A stretch of DNA of 64,000 nucleotides, from positions 20,462,001 to 20,526,000 of the forward strand of contig OZ249436.1 of NCBI GenBank assembly GCA_965235115.1, read 5' to 3'. A program made the translations under genes and the position numbers. The stretch's first letter is position 1. Every line of letters starts with the position of its first letter. This document shows, one piece after another, positions 35,301-47,428 of the stretch. Source of the DNA: Laetmonice hystrix (Eukaryota). The notes under the pieces are model-generated. The model saw only the letters and a list, made by a program, of their open reading frames with translations. It ran no database searches and was not told the origin of the DNA.

Positions 35301-37829
35301 GTAGGATGGAAGAATACATGTATGTAACGCGAGATAATGATGATCATTTGAATAAGACGCTCAAAATGTCACGTTTTGACATTCCGTACATGATATTATG
35401 TTGTTCGGCTCCGTGGATGGCTTGATTTACTGGTGATGGTGTCCACGGTAGGCCGGGCCGTATGGATGGAGAAAGCGGTTGACAACTTCTTTCAGCTTAT
35501 ATATAATTATACAGACCTACCCAACAAAATACTGTCTGTTTTGTACTGAATAGAAAACTAGAAATAAATGGGTACACCAAAAGTCGACGTTATGTTCTAT
35601 TTTATATGTAGACCGCATTTTTTCTATGTGTTAAAAATGTATTACTTGGCCATCCAAGACATGTGATTACTTCCTCACACAGGGCCGAGTTTCCACTGTG
35701 AACCATCCATGTGGTAAGATTGAGTGTCACGCACGACAATAGACCATGAGGCCGTATTACAACCACTCTAACAGTGCAGGGAAGGGTGTATACTACTAGC
35801 AGGTGACTCAGTATTTCGCACTCGGCCGGCCTTGGCAGAGATCCAAAGATGAAACGTCAGCAAGACGTTTTTCACCACTCTATGCAGTTCACTCCGTAAC
35901 TTGTAAGAGTAAAGGAGAAATATCCGCTGACACCCATAGGCCTACTAAATAAAATACTAGTTAACCCATGAGAATATATCTGATTCAAAATTTCGTTGGC
36001 ACCCTAGCTCTCGTTCCCATCACGTAAGGTGTAAGAATCACAGGCTGTATCTAGACAAGAAGACACCATTTAGATTTGGATCTATTGGCGATAAATAGCT
36101 GAATCGTTAAGCTGTTTACTAAACGCCCTTGCCCAACTTTTCGACCACACCTGTGGTCCGGTGTGAGAGGGTTATTACTTACCTGACGTTGGAGGCTGAG
36201 ACTCCGGGGTAGGATTCCCACTGCGGGAAAATTGCCTTCTAGCTTAGGCTAGAACGTACAATTTTTTAGTTAGGGAGAGCGCAATCGTGTCTCTCCCGAA
36301 ATTAAAACAAATTTGGCTTGTCAGTGAATTCCAGGTTAATCATTTAGGCACTTTCAGTTTGTGTCAATGTTTCCAATAGAATAATAAAGTTATCACGTTA
36401 CTAATGTTGGCGGGAAGACATCATTAAACCAAACACTAGGTTTATTGATCTTAGCACACGCTGGGGAGTGCAGCAGGCCATTTTATCGTCGAAAAGCGCG
36501 CACTCTCTCATTAATGTACATGTATAGGCCTAATGCCCAAGTGCATTATACGACCGGCTGTTTTGGGGTCGGCAATTTTTATCTCGTTTCGGACCTGCAC
36601 CTGTTTGCAGAATTTTAAATGGAAAACATGTTTACGTGTTTACACGAACTGCATGATGAAACTGCCACGTTTGTCACGAGGCCAAGGTGATCCACGCCCG
36701 GCGATATCCGGACACAAACACGCGAGGGTGCGCACAAACAGGTGGACACTTATATACTTACATAGGCCTACGTATCTCTTGGTGGTTAAGGAATCAATAC
36801 CCCCCCCCCCCCGCACCACCATAGGTTTATTATATCTTAGAGAATTAATGTATCTCCATGCGTGTCGTCATCAATAAAAGAAAGGATATATTTCTGTTAG
36901 AGATACGTCTAAGATAATATTAATTTTATGTACGCCTATAAAATGTCACATATCAATAATGTCATTTAATTACTATAGGCCTAACCGATGGAAAACCGAG
37001 CGGGAAGGACTGTTATGTGACTAAGGTTTGAACAATAGATATTTTGGTACTGCGCTGGAAGGTTAGGCTCGATCATTTCTAGATATCGCGGCCTCACGTT
37101 ATCTTCCTTCCCTGCGAGCGAGCCACATAACAGATATCTCTAACTTTATTCACTGGAATCACATTGTCATATTGTCCTGTGTACCTCGACCCTTGGAGGT
37201 ATAGACCACTTGATACGGATAGAGGAGTATAAATACGAATGTGTACTGTAGTCTTGTGAATGTCGATAACCCTTAACCTTTGTGCGCGTGACTATACCAC
37301 GTCACTACAGGTGAGAACAACAATTAGTCCCTATAGAGATCTATATAGTATGGGTGTTTTCATGTTCCCCCATGATATCCTATACCACCCCACCCTATAC
37401 GCTCTGAAATAAATAGCTCTAGACCTTCACCTATACATTATTATTTATACTCCTTGTCCAGGAATCAGGAACGGGAGTTTTCAAGGGGATGCGGGATGGA
37501 AGACCACAGCCTTAATTCAGCGGAGGGCTCTGTGAGTCAGATAAGCCCTAGTCTACTAATATTTTTTCATGATTACAAGGGGAACAATCATGGAGATGGG
37601 CGGGCGGAGGCAGATCGTGTCTGGGAATGCCTCTGTCCTATGTACGAGTGAAACTTTATCAAAATATGTAGCCTATAGTAATAGGCCCCATGTCTCCAGT
37701 GTGTGTATAAAAGTCGTTCACCTATAGATCTAGGCCTAATATGACTGGAGGCCAAGTGAACTTGAATCATAATTTGAACTCCCCTTTCAAATTGATTATA
37801 TATGCAGATGGCAAACGGGACAAGGTCAG

Positions 37830-37965
37830 GGCCCGGTTCCTAAAATCTTAAGATCTTACTTAAGTTTAGGCTTAACACTTGTGATTGGCTGGTCTAAGCA
37901 TACCAGCCTATCAGAAGTGTTAAGCCTAAACTTAAGTAAGATCTTAAGATTTTAGGAGCCGGGCC
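37830..37965. mobile_element. Hairpin Harbinger-like MITE
   Basis: GGCCCGGTTCCTAAAATCTTAAGATCTTACTTAAG...CTTAAGTAAGATCTTAAGATTTTAGGAGCCGGGCC. Confidence 0.8.
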
Positions 37966-38431
37966 CATGTGTCTCGCCTTGACAGAGTCTCTACTCCCTG
38001 CCTCTAATATTTTTTATCTGAAGGTAAAAAGTATATATAGGTCTAGAGATAAGAAATGGGAATTATTTCTTAGATCTAGTATAGGTTTAGGTTTATTCTG
38101 TTAGTTCAAAAATCCTTCATGAAGTCTGTAAAACTTAGGTCCAGCATCTGAGGAATTCATGTGAGTCATAAAATAACACCCTTGTTCTCGAATTGGTTTT
38201 ACAAAGACATACGACACCGGTGACCTTCTTGGAGGTCACATATATCCTGCTTCAAAACATTTTCAGACCGAAGGTTACAGTGTCCGGCGATTATATGCAA
38301 ATTACGTGGGCCGTGCCCCAGTCCGCTGCGCTGATTGGTGGAGGCGTGGAGGTGTGTCGCCGGCGAGCCCCTCGATATCATTATCAGTGCCCGATAGCAG
38401 CAGAACATTGCTCTGTCGTCTGGGCAGAGAA

Positions 38432-38577
38432 GTATAAAAAGGGTGCCAGCCAGATTCCAGAGCATTTGATTCCAGAACATTTCTTAGCAGTCCAGACCTA
38501 CACAACTGTGACGTTCCCGGCGACAGCAAAAGAAAGGCGTCTTTTCTTTTTTCGCTACATCGGAAACTTCTGATTAG
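38432..38577 (+). promoter_or_regulatory. Putative TATA promoter and non-coding first exon of the sulfurtransferase
   Basis: GTATAAAA at 38432, reverse CCAAT (ATTGG) near 38334, ATGCAAAT near 38295; donor TAG|GTAAG at 38577/8; acceptor at 39382 upstream of the ATG. Confidence 0.55.
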
Positions 38578-38746
38578 GTAAGAAAATTAGATCTACACCT
38601 AAAGCAATAGCCATAGGCCTATATAGTCCTCCACGGTTACGGTCCTACATATGAAATGAAGTGAAAGTGCATGGTTTTACGCTTGCGAGACATGTCATCG
38701 TTGTTGGATCTAACTAAAAAGGCCTACATAACAGTAAGGAGGGGGA

Positions 38747-39245
38747 GGGGCGGATCCAGGATTTTTTATTTTTTTTTGGGGGGGGGGGGGGGGGGGGGTA
38801 AGGGGGAATTTACTTAGGGAGGGGGTTAGCATGGTCAATTCGGAAAGTTCTATGAAGAAAAACAACTTTGTAATATTGTAATAATATTACTGATTATGTT
38901 GACAATAAACGTGCATGATCTAAAATATAAGATCTGCATGGGGTAGAGGGTTCCCCCTTGGATCCAGTGGCGGATTCATGATTTCAGGAAAGGGGGAGGG
39001 ACACATTTTCATGGATAATCGGGGGGTGTGGGTGTCCTCCCCCAGACACTTTTTTCAGGAAGGCCGGAGACGTGTTTTTTGAACTATAGAGTAGACATTT
39101 CTCCCAAATCTTTCAACGACATTCTAATATATGTATGCATGAAACATAGAAAGTAGGCAAGAGTTTGGAAAATAAGGGGGTGGGCCGGGTGATAGGGGGT
39201 GCCCCCCCCCCCCCCCCCTGAATCCGCCACTGGGATCCGCCACTG
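38747..39245. mobile_element. Nested GGCGGATCC-type MITEs
   Basis: Inner element 38965-39232 (CAGTGGCGGATTC...GAATCCGCCACTG) duplicates GGATC inside the right TIR of an outer element. Confidence 0.75.
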
Positions 39246-39433
39246 AGCGGAGAGAACATTTAGCTCCCCATAATTTCACAGCTATAGGCCTACAACATGC
39301 CTGACCCCCGGCCTCATTTTGAATAGCTAATTTAAAGATTACTCCGGCAGCATTGACACTGCTTGTGCCTTCGTTTTTCCAGGCAGCTCGAGTGTACCAT
39401 ACGGAGTTTCTTAGTAGAGAACGCTCGAGAATC

Positions 39434-39744
39434 ATGGGTAGTTTGAAGACGACCGTGACGGTAACGAGTGGGTGGTTGCGGCGACAACTGACCGCTGGTC
39501 ATCCTAACCTGTCCCTACTTGACACCACCTGGCCTGCTCTCGGCTCAGGCTTCAAGAGGTAAGTAGGCCTACATGATACTTCTATAATATAGCCTATATA
39601 CATACATCATGCAGCCTAAACTGAGGGCCAGATCCTAACTGCATGGGAGGAGATGTAATAATGTAATGTAATAGCCTTACATAATGGCATGTGTCCTGAA
39701 CTATAGGCATATGTAGGCTCATGCTTTCGTGCAAAGAAAGAGAG

Positions 39745-39816
<72 letters not shown>

Positions 39817-39823
39817 CGGGAGC

Positions 39824-39885
<62 letters not shown>

Positions 39886-42737
39886 CAGACAGACAGAGAC
39901 AAAGAGACAGAGAGACAGAGAGAGAGGGAGATAGCAGGTTGGCCGGGGTTATCAGTCTCCGCGATACCATCAGTTTTTAATGCGCAGTGGTCTCGGGCTA
40001 ATCGGTTCCGACGGTCGTTGGTCCCATAATGTATAGACTTACACTGAACGAAACCTTTGATATGCTACCTGTGATGATAACATGTTCTTCTATCTAAAAG
40101 AGAAAACTCAATGACGGAAAACTAAACACAAGGTCAATGATGGGAGATGATTTTTAATTGAGTAAATTTGTTTATAAAGGGGAGGAGTGAAAATGCTCGA
40201 TTTTGAAGTTTGTATCGGCCTATTATAGCCAAGTTTATGAAGCCTATACGAATGAGGCCTCACCTGACAATATCTTGTATCGGTTGGTACAGTAAGCACA
40301 TCCCAGGAGCGCGTGTATTCGACCAGGACCATTGCTGTGACCCGCCGCCAGTAGTCGCGCCCACCCTACCAGAACCCGACTGTTTCTCCCGTTACGCACG
40401 TCAGCTCGGCCTCAACCCAAACACCCATGTTGTTCTATACGACCGCGGCGGGATGTCCTCCGCCGCGCGCGCCTGGTGGACCTTCAGGGTAGGCCATTGT
40501 CTTTCTTTTCTTTTCTTTTTCTTTCTTTCTTTCTTTCTTTTCTTCTTTCTTTCTTTTTTTCTTTACTTTCTTTAATTTTCTTTCTTTGCTTTTTTTCTTT
40601 TGTACTTTTCTTTCTTTCTTTACTTTTCTTTCTTTGCTTTTCTTTCTTTTGTACTTTTCTTTCTTTTTGACCTCTTTTCTTTCCTTTTTTGTTTCTTTCC
40701 TTTTTTAAACTCTTTTCTCGTACTAAATATTATTCTTTGTCATGAATGGTTTGCTGATATCGTCATGTAGAAGTCACGCAGTCTGGCCTGTATCGAGGCA
40801 CTTGACGACGCATGGTCAATCGGATCCTATATAAAGAATTAAATATTTTATTCATGTTAGCCCGGAAGTTGGTTATAACCTCCTATATATCCCTCAGGTA
40901 CTCGGCCATCTGCGTGTGTCGGTACTGAACGGTGGACTGAGGGCCTGGGAGGCGGAGGGAAACCCGGCCAAGAGTGGCGACCAGAGGAAGGTGGAGGTCA
41001 GTTATATAAGACACCCGATCGACTGTTAATTACTGCAGGCCATGTTAATGAACAATTATTGAATAAGTCTCTCATTCTGCACGAAAGTCACGCGGGTATT
41101 TTTTTATATTCGTTTTGATTTGTTCATTATAGCAAGAGGGCACGTTTGTCTCCAGCGTTCGGCGGGACCTGGTGCGGACTTTCGACGACATAGTGTCCAT
41201 CGTTGACAGTCGAGACGAGCAGATTGTGGATGCCCGACACCCACGCCATTTCAATGGGCAGGAACAGGACCTCTCGTCCAGTACGTAAATTATTGATCGT
41301 ATAACAATCAGATAATACTCCCAATTTAACCCCTAATCCTAGGCCCCCGGTCCCGTAGGCCTATAGCGAACTTCGCGCCTCCGATGCTCGCTGCCATTTC
41401 GTGGGGCCCGTAGGCCTACTTTGAGAAAGGATAGACTTCTATCTATATGCCCTACGCCACTGATAATGCACACATAAGCCTACCTATAACCGCTTAATCA
41501 TTACAGAAGTAGATAATGTATGATAGCCTTAGTAGGCACGGGGAAATAACCATTGGCATATAACTAAGTATGCACAAGTGGGTCCTAGGCCCCCAGGCCT
41601 AAAGTTTGAGAATGTTTCGATAACGGCATGCATAGAGACAGGTCAGTAGGGTTGTATAATGATAAGACCACACCTCTATCTATTTGTCCCTCATGATTAA
41701 TCTTGATGAAAATTCCCGTTTACAGCATTGGTCTCGGCGTTCCGAGCAGTACGGGTGGCGGTGCCTGAGACCATCCAGAAGGGTCACATCCCAGGGGCCG
41801 TCAACCTACCAGCCGGTCACGTGCTGGCTCACAACGGCCAGCTCCGCTCTCCTGCCGAGCTCGCTACCAGTATGTACCGACAACCATGCACTGGAGAATT
41901 ATCATTTCTCCCGCCATTTTTAAGTGAAAAGATCGCTGTAGCTTTTATTTTAAGATCTTCAGTTCATTTACGCCTCCTATAGGCCTATATAACAAGGTAG
42001 ATTTATCCGACTCATTTTCCATAATTATATTGTAGGCTATGTGGTTACAATGTACTGTGTACCAATACTTTTTAAAATTAGTTGCAACAGGCTACCCCTG
42101 TAACTTTTAAACATTTTTGTATAGACGATAAGGCCTATTTGGCGAAGGCAGAGTGACAAATTTTTATTTAACCCACCTATTTAAATAGGCCTATAGGCCT
42201 GATGGTCCTTCGAAAGTTTGGACTATAGAACGAATCAAGCCTTTATACTTTGTCGCGTTCCTTGTATATTCTAGAATACTCATTTACTTTATGCGACTCA
42301 ATTGTTTCCAGTTTTCCGCCAGGCAGGTGTTGACATCGAACGCCCTCTGACGGTCATGTGTTACAATGGTCACATGGCATGTCTCGTTGCCCTGGCGGCC
42401 GCTGTCTGTGGCAACCCCGAACCTGCAGTCTACTATGTGAGTATTCAACTTAGGAGAATTCTACATTTTCTACATTGGTATATGGCATATAATATGACCC
42501 GATGGCCACAATTAGTTTGAATTGTTCAGTGATTTAGGGCCTATACCGTATCATCGATCTAGGCATACACTCCATGTCCACATCGAGACCTAATATAATA
42601 CCATGCATGTTGATGACCATTACACCCCCTAACATGTAAATCTCCTGTTTCCACAGGGGTCGTGGGTGGAGTGGGGTCAGAGAGCCCCTCCAGATTATGT
42701 TGTGCAGGATGAAGGGAAAGCACAAGCTGTCCTCTAG
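39434..42737 (+). CDS. Tandem-domain rhodanese / 3-mercaptopyruvate sulfurtransferase family protein (TST/MPST-like), 7 coding exons, ~305 aa
   Basis: Exons 39434-39558, 40293-40488, 40898-40996, 41133-41280, 41726-41869, 42312-42436, 42657-42737 (918 nt). Motifs HIPGARVFD, VVLYD, AARAWWTFR, VSVLNGGLRAW, IVDAR, GHIPGAVNLP, catalytic CYNGHMAC, YYGSWVEW. Confidence 0.9.
39737..39931. repeat. (GA)n microsatellite
   Basis: Long GA dinucleotide run in an intron. Confidence 0.95.
40501..40720. repeat. (CTTT)n-like polypyrimidine tract
   Basis: Low-complexity C/T tract directly after the donor. Confidence 0.9.
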
Positions 42738-42974
42738 ACACGCGCCATACAGTCCAAGATCTCATTACGTTTTTAATATATTATATGAATATTAACTAAC
42801 ATTGTAAGCGTGGCGTCCTGCAGGCTACAACTTGTTCAGTTGTGTATCATTAGGACATCTACCTACTTAAGTTCACACGTCATGAAGGTGTCAAACTAAA
42901 TAGTTAAGTAGAACCGGCTACATTTCGACATCACTACATACAGTGACATTATTTATTTTTCAAAGTGTTTGTAT

Positions 42975-43282
42975 GTATGTAGATCTATAGCCTACTGTTG
43001 CGTAGAAGCGACCTGTATGTAGATCTATAGCCTACTGTTACGTAGAAGCGACCTGTATGTAGACCTGTATGTAGATCTATAGCCTACTGTTGCGTAGAAG
43101 CGACCTGTATGTAGACCTGTATGTAGATCTATAGCCTACTGTAACGTAGAAGCGACCTGTATGTAGATCTATAGCCTACTGTTACGTAGAAGCGACCTGT
43201 ATGTAGATCTATAGCCTACTGTTGCGTAGAAGCGACCTGTATGCAGATCTATAGCCTACTGTTGCGTAGAAGCGACCTGTAT
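42975..43282. repeat. 40-bp minisatellite, ~7 copies, in the probable sulfurtransferase 3' UTR
   Basis: Unit CTGTATGTAGATCTATAGCCTACTGTTGCGTAGAAGCGAC, two units with a 12-bp internal duplication; AATAAA downstream at 43681 and 43707. Confidence 0.9.
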
Positions 43283-46264
43283 CAGCCGATATATTTCAGT
43301 AGTGTGAAAGGGCCTAGCCTAACCTTGCCTAGCCCTATCTGGTAGTTTTCTTTATATTTTTTTTCATAGCAACTGGTGCTAAGTATATTATTTATTGACA
43401 TACGTTGGCTGCATTTCTTGTTCTTGTATCATAGAATCTGTTTCTTCACGATAACGGTTAATACCACATATCTTATCCACGATGAGATGGTACATTGTAT
43501 ATTTTAACTGCAGAGCTTTCTAGAGATTGTGTAAATGATGCAATGCATACTCTCAAAGGCGGGTTCCATGAGTAACTAAGTATATTAACTTGTTTCATCA
43601 CAATATTGATTGAAGTGACGTTGTATATATAGGTGAATGGTTCGGGTGTATGTTATACACCGAAAATCATTTTTTGACGCAATAAACCTCATAAACTGCG
43701 TCTATTAATAAAATCCACTGTTCTCGTTTTACCTACGGGCCCCATCCATACTATATGGTTCGGTACATCGACCCCTTCAAACGGTCGTCCTCTGCCTCAG
43801 GAAACCTGCCAGACTAACACACCGGTAACATACACACACATACACCGGCCCGTAGGTTGGGGTGGGGTACTTGGGTTAGTCGTACGCCACCCACACCGCC
43901 AGCCAAGGTCCGCCTGGTCCAAAAAAAAAATCTCGACAATAAACTATTTTTAAAAATGCCCATGCAGATAAAACACGTCCCCAGATTCCAAAGAATTCAC
44001 CCATTGAGAATTTATACAAGCAGACGCAGCATGGACTCAGTTTCTAGACTTCTGCGCCCTTCTGGACCTTATTTATTTTGGAAGAATGAAGGCGCCGCTG
44101 AACAGAAACTGAATACACTTCTAACACACTTCTACAAATGCCTCCTGTTTGAAGCGACAAATTATGTGGTTGGGCGGTTGTCTTCTACTGGGACACAACA
44201 AAATTATTGTTCATATTCAGTTTTATTAGGAATTACGAGGTGTTACAGTTTCATGTCAAAGTGGGTCCTAGATTAGAACTGATAGGACCCTTTTATTTTA
44301 GTTTGGTTATCAGGTTCGGGGGTAGGAGGGGGAGGGGTACGCTCACTTTATTCGCGAGGAGCTTGCAGTTTCTGACCTTCAGGTTGAAGAAGCTTCCACA
44401 CTTATAAAAAGTAATATTGTTACCAATAGTGATCAAAAAAAAAATAAAAAAATTATACTGTAACAGATACGTGGTGTGGTTTTTTTTATGCCAATGTCCT
44501 TATTATTAACTAACATGCGATGACGATTAGAAATGTGTCTGCTCAGTCAACTTACACAATGACAAGGATAAAAGGTAAGAAAATAACACAGTGGAATTTC
44601 TTGACTGACAATGCCATCAAACTCATCAGTTACCTTTAAAAGCGTGATTTCTTCAAAAAAGATATATGAAAACAAAAATACATCTGAAGCCTTTCAATAC
44701 AAAGGTCCTTGGTTTGGGCCTGGGGTCAAGGCAACACTAATCTTAACAGCTGCTAGGAATTGTAATGTGAGATAGATACTACATATCGAAATTCATCTTT
44801 ACATCAGTAAAGTTTATAGTTTAGGGTTTATTTTGACGTACTGTATTCGAACATATATCCTAATACTGGTATGAAATGAACAGCATATGGTAATTTACTG
44901 CGAGCTGTCATGTAGGTTTTCTTATTTATTTACACCTTATTCCATCCCCCTCCCATTAGGCTCTGTACAATGACCACAAAGTGCAAAATCATATTTCATC
45001 TTGTTTAAAACAGTTTTCTTTTATGTATGTGTATTTCTCTGAATGTGTTTTAATAATTGCACGTATATTCATGTCTCATGTCTGGAGGATGATGGCCAGG
45101 TTTGTAGTCAAAGTTATAATCTGATATCTGAAGCTGGGCAAGGCTTGTAGATTGTGCCCTGACTGAGCAGCCGCTATGGTAGGCTGCCCTGTGAACTTAG
45201 TCTGTACACAACTAACATGATTCAAGTATGATCCGTCAACAAGTCATGCAGTGATGATCGAATGGATGATACAGTACTATACAATAACAAACCAACCCTC
45301 CCAGTGCATGCTCACCACCTCTACGCTAAAGAATAAATACATAATTTAGAGACTAAAAGAAAAGTCACACGCAAGTCTGCTGCACACCAACCTGAGTGCA
45401 ACTTTCTGCACCAATTTCATATAACCTTAGTACAATTCTTGTGATTCTAGTATCCAACCGCTGATACCTAAGTATCACGTCATTAACAACGAATTCCTTT
45501 CTTTTCTAGCATGGAGAAGAAGAATTTATATTGAAATCAATGCATCCTACAACGCAGTCATCAATTTTCATGTACACAACATTTTCTGCGTCGAGTGTAT
45601 GATACAATTCATATTAATAGAGCAGTGACTATGGGACATGCTACCACAGCAAAAAATGTACATTCTAATACACACATTTACAAAACAACATCCAGCGAAG
45701 GCGAGAACAACCTTATGTTTCCCCGAAAAACCACACTGATGCCACTCTTTGCGAACAGACTGAAGCATTTGCTGGGCCACCACGGGGTCAACTCCTCCTG
45801 CAATGTCTCCGTCTGTCCTAACTCCAATATCATGGCCTTCTACAGTACCTGTCCATTTCCTAACCTTAGATAGAATTAAAACCACATGAAGGCTTCTTTG
45901 ATACCTTCAATCAAATAAATCAAAAACGAGTCAAGAATTGTCAAAAGTTAAACTTCACATCTCAAAATCCATGATCTGTCGATATTCTACTGGGTAAAAT
46001 TATTTTTACTGATGATTTGGATAAAAAACGAACCAAACATTTCCAGCTATCAAGATAACAGAAATGCTGAATTGAAGTAGTTTTAACTGATTTCGACCCT
46101 ATGTATTATAGATGCGGGATCAACAGGTTTCAGCGATGTACGGCCAAAGATGGATACACCTATCACAGTAGCAAAACAAGCCATTTCTCTTAAAGCATTT
46201 CATCAGCCTCCTGTCCTACACGAACACTGGACCTGTACAGTTACGTATCTTACACATAGGCCTG

Positions 46265-46398
46265 GGCCCATTTCATATCAGCTGGAAGAGCTTAGTTTAA
46301 GCAGTAATTACAATAAATTTCAACCCTCACCTTCAACTCCTAAAACGTCAAGACCAGGTGAAAACTGCTTAAGCTTTTCTTCCTCTACGAACTGAGCC
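46265..46398. mobile_element. Degenerate Harbinger-like MITE in the region downstream of LIN54
   Basis: GGCCCATTTCATA ... TACGAACTGAGCC with CTG on both flanks. Confidence 0.5.
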
Positions 46399-47428
46399 CT
46401 GTAGTAAACTTAACATAAATTTTTCACACAATGCCCAAGATGGAAGCTTTTGGTCACGTGTATTTATATATTTATACCTTTTCTTTCTCTTCTGATCTAT
46501 ATATTATATATGTATATAGATCCCCTCATTTATTTACAGTTGAAAGATAGTCTAAAATAATACTCCACTGCCATTGCTTGTACTGGTAGAGGTACGGTGA
46601 GGTATCAAAGCCTTCCTATGCAATGGCTCAGAAGAGAAAGTAGGTAATAAGCACCTCGGTTTCTCCACACCAAAACAAATATTGCTCATCTCTGTCTGTA
46701 CCTTTAAAATGACTCGCATCTCACGTTTCTCTATCCATGTTAGAACGCCCGGTCGTAGACACGTGTTTCTGACCCCTGCTACAGACAGCACTTACACACG
46801 TCACACAACGCAATCAAAACGTTCAGCTGCTGTATCAAAGTCAACAGAAAGGTCTAGTGTAGATATATATACGTATGTTTGTAAAATTGCCCTGGGTAAG
46901 GGTAGCTGCTAGTGTTTTAAATGCTTTGTACAGTGTCCACCCTGCTGGGTTGGTGGGTGCTTTTACTGACCATGCTCAACAGAACACAGACACACTCATG
47001 CCAGGGTACGGGAGAAATCCTGGTCCTAACTGTAATTGCATGGTCTTCTGCAGATGTCTGACATATATAAGTAGAATTGTGTCCATCCGTTCTCCTCAAG
47101 TGAAATTTGTACTGCTGCAAGTAGGATGGAGCGGGTGAGACTACCAGGCCTAGATCTGTGCGGCATCTTAGATGCTTCCTTGGCTCATATTGTTTGCTCC
47201 TATTGCCATTGTTACAGAGTCTGGCCTTGTTATTGGTTGACCTTCATCAGGGCAAGGGGCTGGGTGCTGCAATTCAAACATCACATAGTAAATATAATAC
47301 TTTTCACAGGTGTTCTTCAAATGAAATACTGGAAAATATACTGAATGTGTACATTTGGCTTTCTAAGTACACTTGATTCTTCCTCTTGACCAACCTAAGA
47401 GCTTTCTAAACTATTTTTGAGTGAGCCT

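Noticed and set aside
36145..36240. tRNA/SINE head
   Set aside because: Boxes too degenerate to support a call
39594..40029. ER/SL-repeat ORFs
   Set aside because: Translations of a (GA)n microsatellite
40476..40670. Phe-rich hydrophobic ORF
   Set aside because: Translation of an intronic CT-rich tract
14001..42737. Functional sulfur/Fe-S gene cluster (NUBP2 + transporter + sulfurtransferase)
   Set aside because: No evidence of co-regulation; ABCA is a lipid transporter family and proximity alone is expected by chance
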